From Candidatus Eiseniibacteriota bacterium (GTDB lineage Bacteria > Eisenbacteria > RBG-16-71-46 > JABDJR01), in NCBI GenBank assembly GCA_963783375.1, contig CAWANH010000029.1:1312001-1376000 (forward strand): a stretch of 64,000 bases of DNA. Direction: 5' to 3'. Under the pieces are notes generated by a model, which was given only the letters and a program-made list of their open reading frames with translations, was not told the origin of the DNA and searched no databases. Made by a program: the position numbers and the translations under genes. Below are positions 62,121 to 64,000 of this stretch, piece by piece; the stretch's first letter is position 1, and every line of letters starts with the position of its first letter.

Positions 62121-62906
62121 CTAGTCCCGGCCGGGAAGACCCAGCAGCGTTTTGCCGTCCGCGAGTCGAAGCGGATGCTGGAATGAATCCAGGAGGAAGC
62201 GCCGCGCGCCGGAGCAGGCGGCCACGACCGCGTCACCGTGGGCGACCCGGGTGGCGACGGCCGCGGAGAGGATGCAGCCGCTTCCGTGGCTGGACACCTC
62301 GCGCATCCGCTCGGCCGGCCAGCAATGGAGATCCCCCCCGGTCCAGAGAAAGTCCACCGGGTCCCCGGGAAGATGACCGCCCTTCAGGAAGATCGAGGTG
62401 GAGAACATCCGCCCGAGCTCTTCCGCGGCCTCGGCCATGGCCTTCTCGGAGTCCACCTTCCGGCCGAGGAGCACCCCCGCTTCGTCCAGGTTCGGGGTGA
62501 TCATGTCGGCAAGGGGAAGGAGCCTCTCCAGGTAGGCGATCTCGGCCTCGTCCTCCAGGAGCCTCGCCCCGTTCGCCGCCACCATGACCGGATCCACCAC
62601 GAGGAACGGGCAATCGGCCGAGTCCGTGACCTCGGCGACCGTCTCGATGATTTCCCGCGAGAAGAGCATGCCCGTCTTGATCGCGGCCACCGGAAACCCG
62701 TCGAGAACCGCGGCGAGCTGCGCGCGTACCGCCGACGCGGGGATCGGGGTCACCGAGGACACCGCCTCGAGGTTCTGGGCGGTGACGCAGGTCACGACCG
62801 AGGTCCCGAAGCCGCCCAGAGCGGTGATGGTGCGAAGATCGGCCTGAAGACCGGCCCCGCCTCCGGAGTCCGAACCGGCGATGGTGAGAACCGTGGGTCG
62901 CAACAT
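62121..62906 (-). CDS. thiD: Hydroxymethylpyrimidine/phosphomethylpyrimidine kinase
   Basis: LTIAGSDSGGGAGLQADL, KTGML, DPVM, TPNLDE, KGGH, HGSGC. Confidence 0.95.
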   Translation of the reverse strand: MLRPTVLTIAGSDSGGGAGLQADLRTITALGGFGTSVVTCVTAQNLEAVSSVTPIPASAVRAQLAAVLDGFPVAAIKTGMLFSREIIETVAEVTDSADCPFLVVDPVMVAANGARLLEDEAEIAYLERLLPLADMITPNLDEAGVLLGRKVDSEKAMAEAAEELGRMFSTSIFLKGGHLPGDPVDFLWTGGDLHCWPAERMREVSSHGSGCILSAAVATRVAHGDAVVAACSGARRFLLDSFQHPLRLADGKTLLGLPGRD

Positions 62907-63065
62907 GGCGGATGTCCTCCCGAAGAAATTTCTCTCCCCCAACCCGTGAGGAGCATTGTGCCATGTCCGGCGCACCGGCGTGCCGGCATATTCCGGCGAT
63001 TCGGAATATTTGCGCGCGTGAGGACCGGCGTCGAGGAGGATTGGATCCGCGTGGAGCTCGAATCG

Positions 63066-63108
63066 AAAAACCGCTCCACCGACCCGAATTGAAACAGGTC
63101 GGAGCGCG
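63066..63108 (-). terminator. Probable intrinsic terminator
   Basis: CGCTCC-GACC..GGTC-GGTGGAGCG followed by GTTTTT. Confidence 0.5.
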
Positions 63109-63159
63109 AAACACCTCAGATAGGACTCAATGGATGCGGGCCCGAGGAGGACCGTGCGG

Positions 63160-64000
63160 TCACCCCGCGGCCGGCGTCTCGGTGATCCCGGCCAGCTTGC
63201 GGGCCATGTCGCGCTTGGGGACCAGGTCCCCCTTCCGGGTGGCGATCCCGATGCCGTCGCGAAACACCCGGGCCGCATCGTCGTTTCGACCGAGCTTCAT
63301 GAGGCAGGTTCCGAGGTGGTTCATGGCCATGCTGTAATCGGGCTGGCCCTCGACCGCCTTCCGGAAACACGGGACCGCCTCTTCGTATCGCTCCAGATCG
63401 AGGAGGATCTTCCCCAGTCCGAAGTTGGCGATCACGTCCTCGGGGTCCATCTCCAGTACCCGGCGGAAGAGTCCGATGCGCTCCTCGAGTTCGGCCCGGC
63501 GCCGTTCGGTGTCCGCCTGCGCCCGGCGCTCGGCTTCCTTCTCCCCCATCTCGCGTTTCCAGATGAGGTAGGTCACCCGGCCCTTGATTTCCTCCGCCTC
63601 CTCGATCAGGCCGCACTGGGCGCAGTACCGGCTCAGGTTCGTCCACGCCATGACGTGGCCGGGGTCCATCTCGGTGAGGGCGCGCATGGTTTCGATCGCG
63701 TCGTCCAACCGTCCGAGCCGTTCCTGACTCACCCCCATCGATTCGAAGGCGTCGGCGTGGCGCGGGTTCATGAGGATCGCGCGCTCGAAGAGGCCGAGGG
63801 CCTCCTCGAACCGGTCGGAGCGAAAGGCCTCCATCCCGCGGCGATAGAGGACCTCGGCCTGCTCGGCCGGTCCCGGCGGCCGGTAGAGCGGAAGCTCCTG
63901 CACCACCGCGGGCACCATGGCGCCGTCGAGGTTGAGATGGACCACCGTGCCCGGCTCGATCGCTTCGCGCCTCACCATGGCCAGGGCGATCGGTCTTCCC
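63160..64000 (-). CDS. Partial CDS: GcvT/YgfZ C-terminal-like segment fused to TPR repeats (5' end outside window)
   Basis: PIALAMVRRE..PGT.V..AVVQELPLY followed by TPR motifs. Confidence 0.7.
   Translation of the reverse strand, partial: GRPIALAMVRREAIEPGTVVHLNLDGAMVPAVVQELPLYRPPGPAEQAEVLYRRGMEAFRSDRFEEALGLFERAILMNPRHADAFESMGVSQERLGRLDDAIETMRALTEMDPGHVMAWTNLSRYCAQCGLIEEAEEIKGRVTYLIWKREMGEKEAERRAQADTERRRAELEERIGLFRRVLEMDPEDVIANFGLGKILLDLERYEEAVPCFRKAVEGQPDYSMAMNHLGTCLMKLGRNDDAARVFRDGIGIATRKGDLVPKRDMARKLAGITETPAAG

Noticed and set aside
62907-63159. TPP riboswitch upstream of thiD
   Set aside because: No CUGAGA/ACCUGA aptamer core; only a terminator-like hairpin and an extended -10-like element

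Overview
High-GC (~70%) chromosomal segment of a diderm bacterium. The gene content (GWxTD protein, PorU-like C25 peptidase, secreted proteins ending in TWGxLK) suggests an FCB-related candidate phylum such as Ca. Eisenbacteria; this is inference. Housekeeping blocks: hisS-aspS; yggS-punA-ileS-dksA-like-lspA-rluD-STAS/anti-sigma-ruvX-mltG-DUF3098-tRNA-Val(TAC); thiD, ALDH7, Fpg/Nei, DJ-1, HU. Two accessory regions stand out. (1) At 4.3-10.8 kb, two sigma54 (-24/-12) motifs precede a small secreted pro-peptide gene, a TPR-GAF-AAA+-Fis sigma54 activator, a TPR/GWxTD-like protein and a TonB. This resembles a peptide-sensing (RRNPP-like) autoregulatory circuit in a diderm. (2) At 29.8-38.5 kb lies a tandem paralog array of a Cys-rich secreted domain (5 intact copies, 1 relic) with a shared C-terminal T(T/S)WGxLKxxY tail. 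It is interrupted by ~1 kb of nested non-coding repeats and headed by a dockerin-like protein with a long, highly structured leader. About eight single-base frameshifts, one in essential ileS, indicate assembly indel errors. No integrase, transposase or CRISPR-Cas was seen. Domain calls are by motif recognition only; no searches were run.
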